DNA of 64,000 nucleotides from Candidatus Methylomirabilota bacterium (GCA_035764725.1 DASTYT010000044.1:1-64000), one strand, 5' to 3'; shown: positions 35,389 through 45,817, counted from the first letter of the stretch. Numbers and translations are program-made. The notes: generated by a model from the sequence alone, not told the origin.

Positions 35389-36324
35389 CTAGGCGGGGGG
35401 CTCGGCCCCGGTCCGGTCCACGATCAATCGATAGTGCTCGGGGCGCCGGTGGCGGGCGAAGTTGAACACCGTCTCCTTGTACGACTTGGCGGCGTCCAGA
35501 TCGCAGCGTGCCGTCGCCAGCTCGTCCCCCAGCGTCGAGCAGAGCGCCACGATCTCGCCCGAGGGCGCGATGATCGCGCTCTGGCCAATCATGTCGCAGC
35601 CTTCCTCCCGCCCGCACTTGGCCACGCCCACGACCCATGTCGCATTCTGGTAGGCGCCTGCCTGCATGACGAGGTGATTGTGAAAGGGGCCGAGCAGATC
35701 GTGCTCGGGCGCCGGCGGGTTGTGCACGGGCGTGTTGTAGCCGAGGCAGATCAGCTCCACCCCTTGAAGTCCCATCACGCGATACGTCTCCGGCCAGCGC
35801 CGGTCATTGCAGATGCACATGCCGACCACGCCGCCGAACGCGCGCCAGACCGGGAAGCCCAGGTCGCCCACCGCGAAGTAGCGCTTCTCGAGGTGCTGGA
35901 ACGCCCGATAGGGCTCGTGCTCGGCATGGCCGGGGAGATGGACTTTTCGATAGCGGCCGACGATCTTTCCCGCGCGGTCCACGAGGATGGAGGTGTTGAA
36001 GCGGCGCGTTCGCCCACCCTCGCTGACGAGCTCGGCATAGCCCAGGCAGAAGCCCATGGCGAGGCGCCGCGCCTCGTCGAAGAGCGGGCGCGTCTCCGGC
36101 CCCGGCATCTCCCGCTCGAAGAAGGCGTCGATCTCCGCCTGATCTTCCATCCACCAGCGCGGGAAGAAGGTGGTGAGGGCGAGCTCCGGGAACACCACGA
36201 GCTCGCAGCCGCGCGCGTGGGCCTGGGCGAGCAGGGCGAGGAGCCGCTTGACCACGTCGCCGCGGCCCTCGCTGCGTGCGATGGGGCCGAGCTGGGCGGC
36301 GCCGACGGTGAGCATGCGGGCCAT
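35389..36324 (-). CDS. Carbon-nitrogen hydrolase (nitrilase superfamily; N-carbamoyl-amino-acid amidohydrolase-like)
   Basis: Glu-Lys-Cys triad context (FPEL…RKVHL…GMCICND). The long Arg-rich ORF upstream to 37143 is spurious. Confidence 0.75.
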   Translation of the reverse strand: MARMLTVGAAQLGPIARSEGRGDVVKRLLALLAQAHARGCELVVFPELALTTFFPRWWMEDQAEIDAFFEREMPGPETRPLFDEARRLAMGFCLGYAELVSEGGRTRRFNTSILVDRAGKIVGRYRKVHLPGHAEHEPYRAFQHLEKRYFAVGDLGFPVWRAFGGVVGMCICNDRRWPETYRVMGLQGVELICLGYNTPVHNPPAPEHDLLGPFHNHLVMQAGAYQNATWVVGVAKCGREEGCDMIGQSAIIAPSGEIVALCSTLGDELATARCDLDAAKSYKETVFNFARHRRPEHYRLIVDRTGAEPPA

Positions 36325-36410
36325 GGCAGGCGGGAGCCTAGCACGGCCCGTGGTGCTACTGAAGCGGGGCGACCGACGAGCCGGACGGCCCGGCGCGGGT
36401 CGGCGCGAGA

Positions 36411-37244
36411 TCAGGCGGCGGCGACGGCCCCGATCGGGTGACGCGCGAGGTGTGCGGCGATGGCCGCGTTGACCGCGTCGGCATGCGTCACCGGCGCCAT
36501 GTGGCCCGCGCCCGCGATCACGCCGTGTATCGTGCTCGGCAGCACACCGGCGAGGAGCTCGACGACACGGCGCACCGGACTGGGCCCGCGATCGCCCGTG
36601 AGCAGCAGCGTCGGCACGTGCAGGCCGGCGCACTGGTCGAGCGACATGGGCTCCCCGAAGACCGCCTCCCAGTGCCGTGCCACCGCAGGCATCGAGCGCT
36701 CGATGATCACGCGCTGACGATCCGGCAGCCGCGCCCACGACCCTGCGCCATTCCAGTAATCCACGAACGCCCGCGCCGCTTCCGCGGGACGGCCATCCTG
36801 CACCGAGCTCACGCAGGCCTCCGCGACCTGGCATACCTCGGCGTAGGCGGCGTGCGGGTCCAGGCGCCGCAGGAACGCGAACAGCACGGGCTCGAAGAGC
36901 GTGAGGCTCTGGATGCGCTCGGGCATGCTCAGCGCCAGCTTGAGCGCCACCGCGCCGCCGTACGAGTGGCCGATCAGGTGAATGGGCACGGGCAACTCGC
37001 TCAGGAGCGGCATCAGCAGCGCGACCTCGTCGGCCAGCCGCATGGGCCGCGCGAAGCCCCACGGCGAGGTGCCGCCGTGGCCGTGGAGATCCGGGGCGAG
37101 CACGTGATACCGGCGCTCGAGGTCGGCACCGAGCCGCTTCCATTGAACGCTTGAGCCGGCAGAGCTATGAAGGCAGAGCACCGGTGTGCCGGAGCCCATA
37201 TGGACGTAAGAGAGCGTTGAACCGTCGTGGGCCATGGTCGTCAT
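36411..37244 (-). CDS. Alpha/beta hydrolase
   Basis: HSSAGS…GHSYGG nucleophile elbow. Confidence 0.75.
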   Translation of the reverse strand: MTTMAHDGSTLSYVHMGSGTPVLCLHSSAGSSVQWKRLGADLERRYHVLAPDLHGHGGTSPWGFARPMRLADEVALLMPLLSELPVPIHLIGHSYGGAVALKLALSMPERIQSLTLFEPVLFAFLRRLDPHAAYAEVCQVAEACVSSVQDGRPAEAARAFVDYWNGAGSWARLPDRQRVIIERSMPAVARHWEAVFGEPMSLDQCAGLHVPTLLLTGDRGPSPVRRVVELLAGVLPSTIHGVIAGAGHMAPVTHADAVNAAIAAHLARHPIGAVAAA

Positions 37245-37422
37245 GAGCGGGGCGAAGAGCGAGATCCGTGCCAGAGCCGTCGCGCGCCGCACATGCGAGC
37301 TGGTAAGGATGCGTCGGCACGTCGGTTTCCGGGCCGCCGGGGCTGGACTCGGAGGCGGGTGGCGGCTCGGGGCGCCTGCCCGACCGCGACGGCTTCTCGG
37401 GAGGAATGCCATAATTCTCCGC

Positions 37423-40400
37423 ATGGCGGCTTCCCCCGGCTCGCGCTGCGCCCGTTGTCAGCAGGAGAGTCCGCCGGGAGCGCGGTTCTGCGTGGCGTGC
37501 GGGGCGCGGCTAGGCGCGCGCTGCGCGGCCTGCGGTGCCGACTTGCCCGATGGCGCGCGCTTCTGCCCCGCATGCGGCCGCGCCGTCGCGGGCGCGCCCC
37601 CGGCGGAGGCGCGGCCCGCCCCGGAGTCCTACACGCCGCGCCATCTCGCCGAGAGGATCCTCACCACACGCACCGCCATCGAGGGCGAGCGCAAGCCGGT
37701 GACGGTACTCTTCTGCGATCTCGTCAGCTCCACCGCGCTCGCCGAGCGGCTCGGCCCCGACCGCATGCACGCCTTGCTGAGCCGTTTCTTCGAGACCGCG
37801 CTCGCCGGCGTCCATCGCTACGAGGGCACGGTGAATCAGTTCCTTGGCGATGGTTTCATGGCGCTGTTCGGCGCCCCGCTCGCCCACGAGGATCATGCGC
37901 TCCGTGCCGTGCTCGCGGCGCTGGACATCCGGCACGCCATCGACGCCAGCCCCATCGCGCTCGACTCCGGCGAGGTGGTGCCGCTGGTGCTACGCATGGG
38001 CCTGCACACCGGGTTCGTGGTGGTCGGCGCCATCGGCGACAACCTCCGCATGGACTACACCGCAGTGGGCGATACCACGCATCTGGCCGCGCGGCTGCAG
38101 CAGGCCGCCGAGCCGGGGCGCATCCTCGTGAGCGACGCGACCGCGCGGCTCGTCGAGGGCTACGCGACCCTCGAATCGCGCGGGGCGATGGCCATCCGCG
38201 GCCGCAGCGAGCCGCTCGTCGTGCACGAGCTCACCGGGCGCGGCAGCCGCCGCTCGGCGCTGGACGTCGAGGGCGGCCGCTCGCTCAGTCGCTTCGTGGG
38301 ACGCGAGCGCGAGATGGCCGTGCTCGTGGAGCTCCTCGAGCAGGTGCGCGCCGGTCGCGGGCAGGCCGTCGGCGTCGTGGGCGAGCCCGGCGCGGGCAAG
38401 TCGCGGCTGGCCCTCGAGCTCCGCCGGGCCACGGCGGCGCACGACGTCACCATGCTCGAAGGCCGCTGTCTCTCGTACGGCGCCGCCATCCCGTATCTGC
38501 CCGTGCTCGATCTCCTGCGCGCGGCGTGCGGCCTCGCCGAGATGGACACGCCGGAGCAGATCGCCGCGGCGGTCGGCGCCACGCGCGAGCGGGCGGGGCT
38601 GGCCGGGGCCGATGACCGGGCCCTGTATCTCCTTCACCTCTTGGGTGTGAAGTCCGAGGATGACCCACTCGCTCGGCTTGGCGCGGACGTCATCATGGCG
38701 CGCACCTTCGACACGCTTCGCGAGCTGCTGCTCGGCCTCGCGCGCCGCCGGCCGCTCGTGCTCCTCGTGGAGGACCTCCATTGGATCGACCAGACGTCCG
38801 AGGCGTTCCTGGCCTCGCTGGTCGAGCGGCTCGCTCCCGCGCCGATCCTCCTCCTCGCGACCTATCGGCCCGGCTATCGCCCGCCCTGGCTCGACTGCTC
38901 GTACGCGACCCAGCTCACGCTGCGTCCGCTAGGGCCGCAGGACAGCCTCGCCATCGTGAGCGGACTCTTGTCGGCGGCCGCCCCCGCCGGCACCCTCGCC
39001 TCCCGCATCCTCGACAAGGCCGAAGGCAATCCGTTCTTCCTCGAGGAGCTTGCGCGCGTGATGACCGATCACGGCGGCGCGCGGGCGGAGATCGAGGTGC
39101 CGGACACCGTGCACGGTGTGCTCACGGCGCGCATCGATCGCCTGGCCGAGCTCCCCAAGCGGGTTTTACAAACAAGTTCGGTGATTGGGCGGGAATTTTC
39201 GATGCGGCTCCTTGAAGCGTTGGAGGATGCGGGGGATGCCCGTGGCCCGGCACTCGCGGCCGCCCTGAGTGAGCTGACGCGGCTCGAGTTCCTGTATACG
39301 CGGACGGAAGGCGGCGAGCCCGTATACGTCTTCAAACACGCGCTCACCCAGGACGTGGCGCGTGCCAGTCTCCTGGCCCCGCGCCGCCGCGCGCTGCATC
39401 GGCGTACCGCCGATGCCCTTCTCGCCTTGGAGCCGGGCCGTGCCCGCGAGCTGGCGCCGCTGCTGGCCTATCACTATCAGGAGGCGGAGGCGTGGGAGGA
39501 AACGGCCCGTCACGCGCAGGTGGCGGCGGCCTCGGCCCGTCAGGCCTTCGCCAACAGCGAGGCCGTGCTCCGCTACGACCAAGCGGTGGCGGCTGCCGAG
39601 CGCGCCGGAGAGGGAAGGGGCGATGTCACATCGCTGCTCGAGGCGCGAGCCGAGGTTCACGCGCTGCTCGGCGATTTCGATCGGGCTCGGGCGGATCTCG
39701 AGGCAGCCCTCGCCCAGGCCGAAGCGCGCGGCGAGGCCGTCGCGCGAGGCCGCATCCTCGGCGCCCTCGGGGCGCTGTGGGGCGGGCATCGTGACTATCC
39801 GCGCGGCCTGGCGTTGACGCGCCAGTCGGTCGATGCGCTGCGGGACGGCGCCGATCGGCGCGCGCTGGCAGAGGCCCGCGCGCGGCTCGGCATCATGCTC
39901 CTCAATGTCGCGCGCGGCGCCGAGAGCCGGGCGGAGCTGGAGGAATCCCACCGTCTGCTCGCGGAGCTGGGCGACGGGCTGGGCCAGGCCCGCGTCCTGG
40001 ACATGCTCGGCATGTGCTCGGCCCTCCGTGGGGACTTCGGGCCCAGCATCGTGCAGTCCGAGGAGGCGGCGCGCCAGCTCCATGCGCTCGGCGACTGGGT
40101 GAACGAGTCCTCCGCGCTCATCAACATGGCCTTCGGCTATGGCTACCGCGACGGCTGGCAGGCGGGGGAGCCGTGGGTGCGCCGCGCTCTGGAGCTCGCG
40201 ACGAACAGCGGAGCGCGCGCCCCGGAGGCATTCGCGCGGGGCGCCATCGCGCAGCTCGCGCTCCCGGCGGGCCTCTACACGCTGGCCCGCCGTGAGGCGG
40301 AGACGGCGCTGTCCATCGCGCGCGCCATCGATCATCGGGAGTGGACGGTGATGGCGCTCTCCATGCTGGGCCGCGCGCGGCTCGGCGTGGGCGATGCCGA

Positions 40401-40998
40401 GGGTGCGTTGCGTCTTCACGAGGAGATGCTCCGTATGGCCGGCGAGCTCGGCGCCAACATCTGGATGGCGGAGGCGCGCTCGAACGTCGGAGAGGATCTG
40501 ATCGCCCTGGGAAAGCCCGAGGAAGCGGATGGGCAGCTGGCCGCCTCCGTCGTGGACTCCGGCGACCTGGTGTTCTACATGATTCCGCCGCTCACCATGC
40601 GCGCGGCGCTCAAGTTGGCCGCCGGCGACCCTCACGGTGCCCTCGCGCTGACGAAGGAGGCTGCCGGTCGGGCGCCCTGGATGCGGGCGTTCATCGGCGA
40701 GGCGCAGCGCGTCGAGGCGGAGGCGCTCGGCGTGCTGGAAGGGATCGATGCCGCGCTGCCGCGTTTGCGCGAGGTCGAGGCACTCGCCGCGGAGCTGCAG
40801 GCTGCGCCCATGCGCTGGCGCGCCGCCCTGGCGACGGCGCGCCTCCTGCGCGAGGCCCGCCGCCCCGACGACGCCCGCGCCGCCGCCGCGCGCGCGATGA
40901 CCGCCCTGGAGTCGACGGCGCGCGAGCTCGATCCCGCGGATCGCGCGAGCTTCGAGGCCTCGGAGCCCATGGTGCACGCGCGGGCCGCGCTCGCGTAG
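37423..40998 (+). CDS. Adenylate/guanylate cyclase domain protein fused to AAA(+) ATPase and TPR-like repeats, with N-terminal double zinc ribbon
   Basis: Two CxxC-x-CxxC ribbons. A class III cyclase (CHD) domain (VTVLFCDLVSST…FLGDGFMALFGAP). Walker A 'GEPGAGKS'. A long helical-repeat C-terminus. ATG at 37423 after GGGAGGAA. Confidence 0.8.
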   Translation: MAASPGSRCARCQQESPPGARFCVACGARLGARCAACGADLPDGARFCPACGRAVAGAPPAEARPAPESYTPRHLAERILTTRTAIEGERKPVTVLFCDLVSSTALAERLGPDRMHALLSRFFETALAGVHRYEGTVNQFLGDGFMALFGAPLAHEDHALRAVLAALDIRHAIDASPIALDSGEVVPLVLRMGLHTGFVVVGAIGDNLRMDYTAVGDTTHLAARLQQAAEPGRILVSDATARLVEGYATLESRGAMAIRGRSEPLVVHELTGRGSRRSALDVEGGRSLSRFVGREREMAVLVELLEQVRAGRGQAVGVVGEPGAGKSRLALELRRATAAHDVTMLEGRCLSYGAAIPYLPVLDLLRAACGLAEMDTPEQIAAAVGATRERAGLAGADDRALYLLHLLGVKSEDDPLARLGADVIMARTFDTLRELLLGLARRRPLVLLVEDLHWIDQTSEAFLASLVERLAPAPILLLATYRPGYRPPWLDCSYATQLTLRPLGPQDSLAIVSGLLSAAAPAGTLASRILDKAEGNPFFLEELARVMTDHGGARAEIEVPDTVHGVLTARIDRLAELPKRVLQTSSVIGREFSMRLLEALEDAGDARGPALAAALSELTRLEFLYTRTEGGEPVYVFKHALTQDVARASLLAPRRRALHRRTADALLALEPGRARELAPLLAYHYQEAEAWEETARHAQVAAASARQAFANSEAVLRYDQAVAAAERAGEGRGDVTSLLEARAEVHALLGDFDRARADLEAALAQAEARGEAVARGRILGALGALWGGHRDYPRGLALTRQSVDALRDGADRRALAEARARLGIMLLNVARGAESRAELEESHRLLAELGDGLGQARVLDMLGMCSALRGDFGPSIVQSEEAARQLHALGDWVNESSALINMAFGYGYRDGWQAGEPWVRRALELATNSGARAPEAFARGAIAQLALPAGLYTLARREAETALSIARAIDHREWTVMALSMLGRARLGVGDAEGALRLHEEMLRMAGELGANIWMAEARSNVGEDLIALGKPEEADGQLAASVVDSGDLVFYMIPPLTMRAALKLAAGDPHGALALTKEAAGRAPWMRAFIGEAQRVEAEALGVLEGIDAALPRLREVEALAAELQAAPMRWRAALATARLLREARRPDDARAAAARAMTALESTARELDPADRASFEASEPMVHARAALA

Positions 40999-41007
40999 AA
41001 TCCCCCC

Positions 41008-42177
41008 ATGACCATCAAGGGCAAGGCCTGCATCGCCGGGGCGTTCGAGCATCCGACCCGCAAGGCGGACGACAAGTCCCTCGCGCAGCTCCACGCCGAG
41101 GTGGCGCAGGGCGCGCTGGCGGACGCGGGGCTCACCAAGGACGACGTGGACGGCTACTTCTGTGCCGGCGACGCGCCGGGGCTCGGGCCGCTTTCCATGG
41201 CTGACTACATGGGGCTCAAGCTCCGCCACATGGACAGCACCGAGACGGGCGGCTCGTCCTACGTGATCCACGTGGCTCATGCCGCCGAGGCCATCGCGGC
41301 AGGGAAATGCCGCATCGCGCTCATCACCCTGGCCGGCCGGCCGCGCGCAGAAGGCATGGCGACGGGCACCGCCCCCCGCAACTACGGCACCGCCGCGCCC
41401 GACGTGCAGTTCGAGTATCCGTTCGGCCCCACGGTGGTGAACCTGTACGCGATGGCCGCGCAGCGGCACATGCACGAGTTCGGCACCACGAGCGAGCAGC
41501 TCGCGTGGATCAAGGTCGCCGCCTCGCACCACGCCCAGCACAACCCGCACGCGCTGCTGCGCGAGGTGGTCACCGTGCAGGACGTGGTCGGCTCGCCGAT
41601 GATCGCCGATCCGCTGCATCGCCTGGACTGCTGCGTGATCACCGACGGCGGCGGCGCCCTCGTGGTGGTGGCGCCGGAGGTGGCGAAGAGCCTCAAGCGG
41701 CCGCGCGTGCGCCTGCTGGGGGCGGGGGAGGCACCCAAGCATCAGATGGGCGGCAAGGTCGACCTCACGTACACCGGCGCGGCGCGCTCCGGTCCCATGG
41801 CCTTCGAGGAAGCGGGCGTGAAGCCCGGCGACATCAAGTACGTGTCGATCTACGACAGCTTCACCATCACCGTGCTGATCTGTCTCGAGGACCTGGGCTT
41901 CTGCCCGCGCGGTGGCGGCGGTCGTTTCGTCTCGGACGGCAACCTCATCTCCGGCACGGGGCGGCTGCCCTTCAACACCGACGGGGGCGGGCTCTGCAAC
42001 AATCACCCCGCCAATCGCGGCGGCATGACCAAGGTCGTCGAGGCGGTCCGCCAGCTCCGCGGCGAGGCCCATCCCAAGGTGCAGGTGAAGAACTGCAACC
42101 TGGCGCTCGCCCACGGCACCGGCGGCTCGCTGGGCACGCGGCACGGCAGCGCCACCGTCATCCTGGAGCGGGAGTAG
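41008..42177 (+). CDS. Thiolase-like protein (SCP-x-type / lipid-transfer thiolase)
   Basis: Thiolase fold without the classical active-site Cys pattern, in the SCP2-thiolase subgroup. Confidence 0.75.
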   Translation: MTIKGKACIAGAFEHPTRKADDKSLAQLHAEVAQGALADAGLTKDDVDGYFCAGDAPGLGPLSMADYMGLKLRHMDSTETGGSSYVIHVAHAAEAIAAGKCRIALITLAGRPRAEGMATGTAPRNYGTAAPDVQFEYPFGPTVVNLYAMAAQRHMHEFGTTSEQLAWIKVAASHHAQHNPHALLREVVTVQDVVGSPMIADPLHRLDCCVITDGGGALVVVAPEVAKSLKRPRVRLLGAGEAPKHQMGGKVDLTYTGAARSGPMAFEEAGVKPGDIKYVSIYDSFTITVLICLEDLGFCPRGGGGRFVSDGNLISGTGRLPFNTDGGGLCNNHPANRGGMTKVVEAVRQLRGEAHPKVQVKNCNLALAHGTGGSLGTRHGSATVILERE

Positions 42178-42181
42178 CGTC

Positions 42182-42574
42182 ATGGCCACCGCCGAGCGAA
42201 GGATCCCCGCGCCGCACCCCAATCCCGAGACCAGGGCCTTCTGGGACGGCGCCGCCCAGGGCCGCCTGCTCCTCAAGAAGTGCCTGGCCTGCAGCCAGGT
42301 GCACTACTACCCGCGCGCGATCTGCCCCTTCTGCGGGAGCGACCGCACCGAGTGGCAGCAAGCCTCCGGCCGCGGCACCATCTACTCCTGGAGCGTGATG
42401 CGCCGGGCGGAGGTGCCCTACGCGATCGCGTACGTGACACTGGAGGAGGGCGTGACCATGATGACCAACATCGTGGATTGCGACCTCGACGGCATCCACA
42501 TCGGCCAGCGCGTGCGCGTGGTGTTCAAGCCCACCGAGGGCGGGCCGCCGGTCCCGACCTTCACGCCCGCGTGA
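42182..42574 (+). CDS. Zn-ribbon/OB-fold protein (DUF35), partner of SCP-x thiolase
   Basis: 'CLACSQVHYYPRAICPFCG' rubredoxin-like ribbon followed by an OB fold. Immediately downstream of the thiolase. Confidence 0.8.
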   Translation: MATAERRIPAPHPNPETRAFWDGAAQGRLLLKKCLACSQVHYYPRAICPFCGSDRTEWQQASGRGTIYSWSVMRRAEVPYAIAYVTLEEGVTMMTNIVDCDLDGIHIGQRVRVVFKPTEGGPPVPTFTPA

Positions 42575-42584
42575 GCGTGACGCC

Positions 42585-43424
42585 ATGACCATCCGAGCCC
42601 TCGTGGTGGAGCCGGTGGCCGGCGCCCTCGGCGCCGAGGTCTCCGGCGTCGATCTCTCAGGGCCGCTCGACGACGCGACCGTCGCCGCCATCCGGCGCGC
42701 CTGGCTCGGGCACGGCGTGATTTTCTTCCGTGACCAGGAGCTGCCGCCCGCCGCGTTCCTCGCCTTCGCGCGGCGCTTCGGCGAGCCCATCGAGTATCCG
42801 TTCGTGAAGGGCCTGCCGGAGGCGCCCGAGATCATTCCCGTGCTCAAGCAAGCCGACGAGCACGTGAACTTCGGCGGCATCTGGCACTCGGACACCGCCT
42901 ATCTCGACATCCCGCCGATGGCGTCGATGCTGATCGCGCGCGAAGTCCCGCCGGCCGGGGGCGACACGCTCTTCGCCAACATGTACCTGGCCTACGAGGC
43001 GCTCTCCGACGGCATGAAGCGCCTGCTGGAGGGGCTGCGCGGCATCAACAGCTCGGCGAGCGCGGACGTGTCGAAGACGCGCGAGGACCGCATGAAGGAC
43101 AGCGGCCGCGCCGACGCGCGCCAGGAATACGTGGCCACGCACCCCCTCGTGCGCACGCACCCCGAGACCGGACGCAAGGCGCTCTACGTCAACGTGGCGC
43201 ACACGGTCGGCATCGAGGGCCTCACGCGCGAGGAAAGCGCGCCGATCCTCGACTATCTCTACCGCCATCAAATCAAGCCCGAGTTCACGTGCCGCTTCCG
43301 CTGGCGCGCCCGCTCCATCGCCTTCTGGGACAACCGCTGCGTGCAGCACAACGCGGTAAACGACTACCAGGGCCACCGGCGCCTCATGCACCGCATCACC
43401 CTGGCGGGTGACAAGCCGCGCTGA
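42585..43424 (+). CDS. tauD: Taurine dioxygenase (TauD/TfdA family, Fe(II)/2-oxoglutarate-dependent)
   Basis: Alignable throughout with E. coli TauD, including 'WHSDTAY' (HxD) and 'FWDNRCVQH'. Confidence 0.8.
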   Translation: MTIRALVVEPVAGALGAEVSGVDLSGPLDDATVAAIRRAWLGHGVIFFRDQELPPAAFLAFARRFGEPIEYPFVKGLPEAPEIIPVLKQADEHVNFGGIWHSDTAYLDIPPMASMLIAREVPPAGGDTLFANMYLAYEALSDGMKRLLEGLRGINSSASADVSKTREDRMKDSGRADARQEYVATHPLVRTHPETGRKALYVNVAHTVGIEGLTREESAPILDYLYRHQIKPEFTCRFRWRARSIAFWDNRCVQHNAVNDYQGHRRLMHRITLAGDKPR

Positions 43425-43607
43425 GCCGATGTCCGCCATCGCGCGCAGCGTCCCGGCGCGATGCCCTTGTCGCCGCCCGGTCCAGGGCGGGCTGCCCGCA
43501 ATGTGACCTTGCGCTGCGTCGTAATTGTGCGCCGGATCGCGCCTTACCTGCTGGCATGGCCCCTGCAGTCTTCCCCGCCTCGTGACCCAACACGAACGGA
43601 GGAATGG

Positions 43608-44141
43608 ATGAGTCGGAATGGGCAACACGGGGAGCATCTGGAGGATGTCTGCATGGCCGCCATGCCGGATGTGGCGGAGCGCCTTCGCCTGGGCGGGCGC
43701 GTGGCGGAGCTGGGCTCGCACGTAGGGCGGTCGAGCATCGATCTCGCGCGTGAGTTCCCCCGCGCGCAGGTGGACGCGGTGAGCGAGAACCAGGCCGATA
43801 TCGCCGCCGCGAGCTCGGAGGCGAGTCGCGTGGGCCTGGCGGGGCGCGTGGTCTTCCACGTGGCGCCGCCCGACGAGGCGCCGCTGGCCGGTCCCTACGA
43901 TCTGGTCGTGGCCTTCGACGGACGCGACGACTTCGCGCATTCCCTTCGGACGCTGCGTCGCATGCGGCATCTCGCGGCGCCGAGCGGCACCGTGGTCGTG
44001 GCCGCCGGCGCGGGCGACGATGCCCTGGTGGACGCGGTGTATGCGCGGGCTGCCGGCTTCTCCAAGGTGGATCTGCTCCCCGTGCCCGCGGTACCGGGCG
44101 TCTCTTCCGTCTCACCCCCTGATCGGAGGACCACGTCATGA
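43608..44141 (+). CDS. Hypothetical protein (possible methyltransferase-like fold)
   Basis: ACGGAGGAATGG RBS plus ATG 43608. 177 aa. Weak resemblance to small-molecule methyltransferases. Confidence 0.45.
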   Translation: MSRNGQHGEHLEDVCMAAMPDVAERLRLGGRVAELGSHVGRSSIDLAREFPRAQVDAVSENQADIAAASSEASRVGLAGRVVFHVAPPDEAPLAGPYDLVVAFDGRDDFAHSLRTLRRMRHLAAPSGTVVVAAGAGDDALVDAVYARAAGFSKVDLLPVPAVPGVSSVSPPDRRTTS

Positions 44142-45817
44142 CGCTCTGGACGCGTCTTCTGGCATTCGCGTTCGTCGTCCTTGCCGCCGGCTGCGCCGGG
44201 CAGCCGGATGGCTCGACGCCGCATGCGCACGGGACCGCCACACCGGCGGCCGCGGGCGCGACGGCGACACCGCCCGCGCTGCTGACCGATCTGGGCACGT
44301 ACAGCCACAAGATCACGACCTCGTCGCCGCAGGCCCAGCAGTACTTCGACCAGGGTCTGCGCCTGACCTACGGCTTCAACCACCTCGAGGCGCAGCGCGC
44401 GTTCCGGGAGGCGGCGCGCCTCGACCCCGCGTGCGCGATGTGCTACTGGGGCATCGCGATCACGTACGGGTCGAACTACAATGACCCCACCAACCCCGAG
44501 CGCGAGAAGGGCGCGTGGGATGCGACCCAGATGGCCTTTACGGCGGGCCGACAGGCCACGCCCGCCGAGCGCGCGATCATCGACGCGCTGGTGCGGCGGC
44601 ATCAGCCGGGCGGCGACCGCGCCCCGAAGGACCAGGCCTACGCGGCGGCGATGCGGTCCGCCGCGCGTGATTTCCCCGACGATCTCGAGATCGCCACGTT
44701 CTTCGCCGACGCCATGATGAATCTCCGGCCGTGGAACCTCTGGACGCCGGACGGCCAGCCCCAGCCTGGCACCGAGGAGATCGTGGCGACGCTGGAGCGG
44801 GTGCTCGCCAAGAACCCGAATCACCCCGGCGCGCTCCACCTCTACATCCACGCGGTGGAGGCGAGCCAGGATCCAGGCAAGGCGGCGGCCGCGGCCGACC
44901 GGCTGCGCGGGCTGCTCCCGGGCGCCGGCCACCTCGTCCACATGCCGTCGCACATCTACTACCGGGTCGGACGCTATCAGGACGCCTTCGCGGTCAACGT
45001 GGACGCGGCTGCCTCCGACCGTGCGTATTTCCAGCGCAGCCAGCCGAGCCCGATCTACCGGATGATGTACTACCCGCACAACCTCGACTTCATCTGGCAG
45101 GCGGCCAGCATGGATGGCCGGAGCGCCGACACCCTGAAAGCCGCGCGCGACTTCGAGGCGGCGGTGCCGGCAGAAATGATCGGCCAGATGTCGGACATGG
45201 AGACGGTGCCGGTGGCGCCCATCGTGTCCCTGGTGCGCTTCGGTCGCTGGGACGAGGTGCTCGCGCTGCCCGCGCCCAGCGAGAAGCTGCCCTATGTCCG
45301 CGGGGTCTGGCACTACGCGCGGGGGCTCGCCCAGTCCGCCAAGGATCAGCCGGCCGCCGCGCAGGTCGAGCTGGCGGCGCTCACCGCCGTCCGCGACGCC
45401 ACGCCGACCGACCGCACGGTGGCGGGCTTCTTCAAGACGCGCGAGATGCTGACACTGGCGGTCGAGGTGCTCGCGGGGGAGATGGCGGCCCGGCGCCGCG
45501 ACACCGACGGCGCCATCACCCATCTCGCCGAGGCCGTACGCATCCAGGACGGGCACTGGTTCACCGAGCCGCCGCCCTGGTACTACCCCGTGCGCCAGTC
45601 TCTGGGCGCCGTGCTGCTGCAGGCCGGCCGTGCCGGCGAGGCAGAGGCGGTGTACCGGGCGGATCTGCGCCGCAATCCCGAGAACGGCTGGTCGCTCTAC
45701 GGTCTCGCCCAAAGCTTGCGGGTCCAGGGCAAGGCCGACGAGGCCGCCGCGGTGGACGAGCGCTTCCGCCGCGCCTGGGCGCGCGCGGACGTGACCCTGA
45801 CCGCGTCGCGCTTCTGA
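44138..45817 (+). CDS. TPR-like lipoprotein, hypothetical
   Basis: Lipobox LAAGC. Conserved 'HMPSHIYYRVGRYQDA' block. Helical repeats. Confidence 0.65.
   Translation: MTLWTRLLAFAFVVLAAGCAGQPDGSTPHAHGTATPAAAGATATPPALLTDLGTYSHKITTSSPQAQQYFDQGLRLTYGFNHLEAQRAFREAARLDPACAMCYWGIAITYGSNYNDPTNPEREKGAWDATQMAFTAGRQATPAERAIIDALVRRHQPGGDRAPKDQAYAAAMRSAARDFPDDLEIATFFADAMMNLRPWNLWTPDGQPQPGTEEIVATLERVLAKNPNHPGALHLYIHAVEASQDPGKAAAAADRLRGLLPGAGHLVHMPSHIYYRVGRYQDAFAVNVDAAASDRAYFQRSQPSPIYRMMYYPHNLDFIWQAASMDGRSADTLKAARDFEAAVPAEMIGQMSDMETVPVAPIVSLVRFGRWDEVLALPAPSEKLPYVRGVWHYARGLAQSAKDQPAAAQVELAALTAVRDATPTDRTVAGFFKTREMLTLAVEVLAGEMAARRRDTDGAITHLAEAVRIQDGHWFTEPPPWYYPVRQSLGAVLLQAGRAGEAEAVYRADLRRNPENGWSLYGLAQSLRVQGKADEAAAVDERFRRAWARADVTLTASRF

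Noticed and set aside
39166-42276. 1,036-aa minus-strand ORF
   Set aside because: Antisense to the cyclase–AAA–TPR gene and the thiolase gene. No start context, Arg-rich, no domains.
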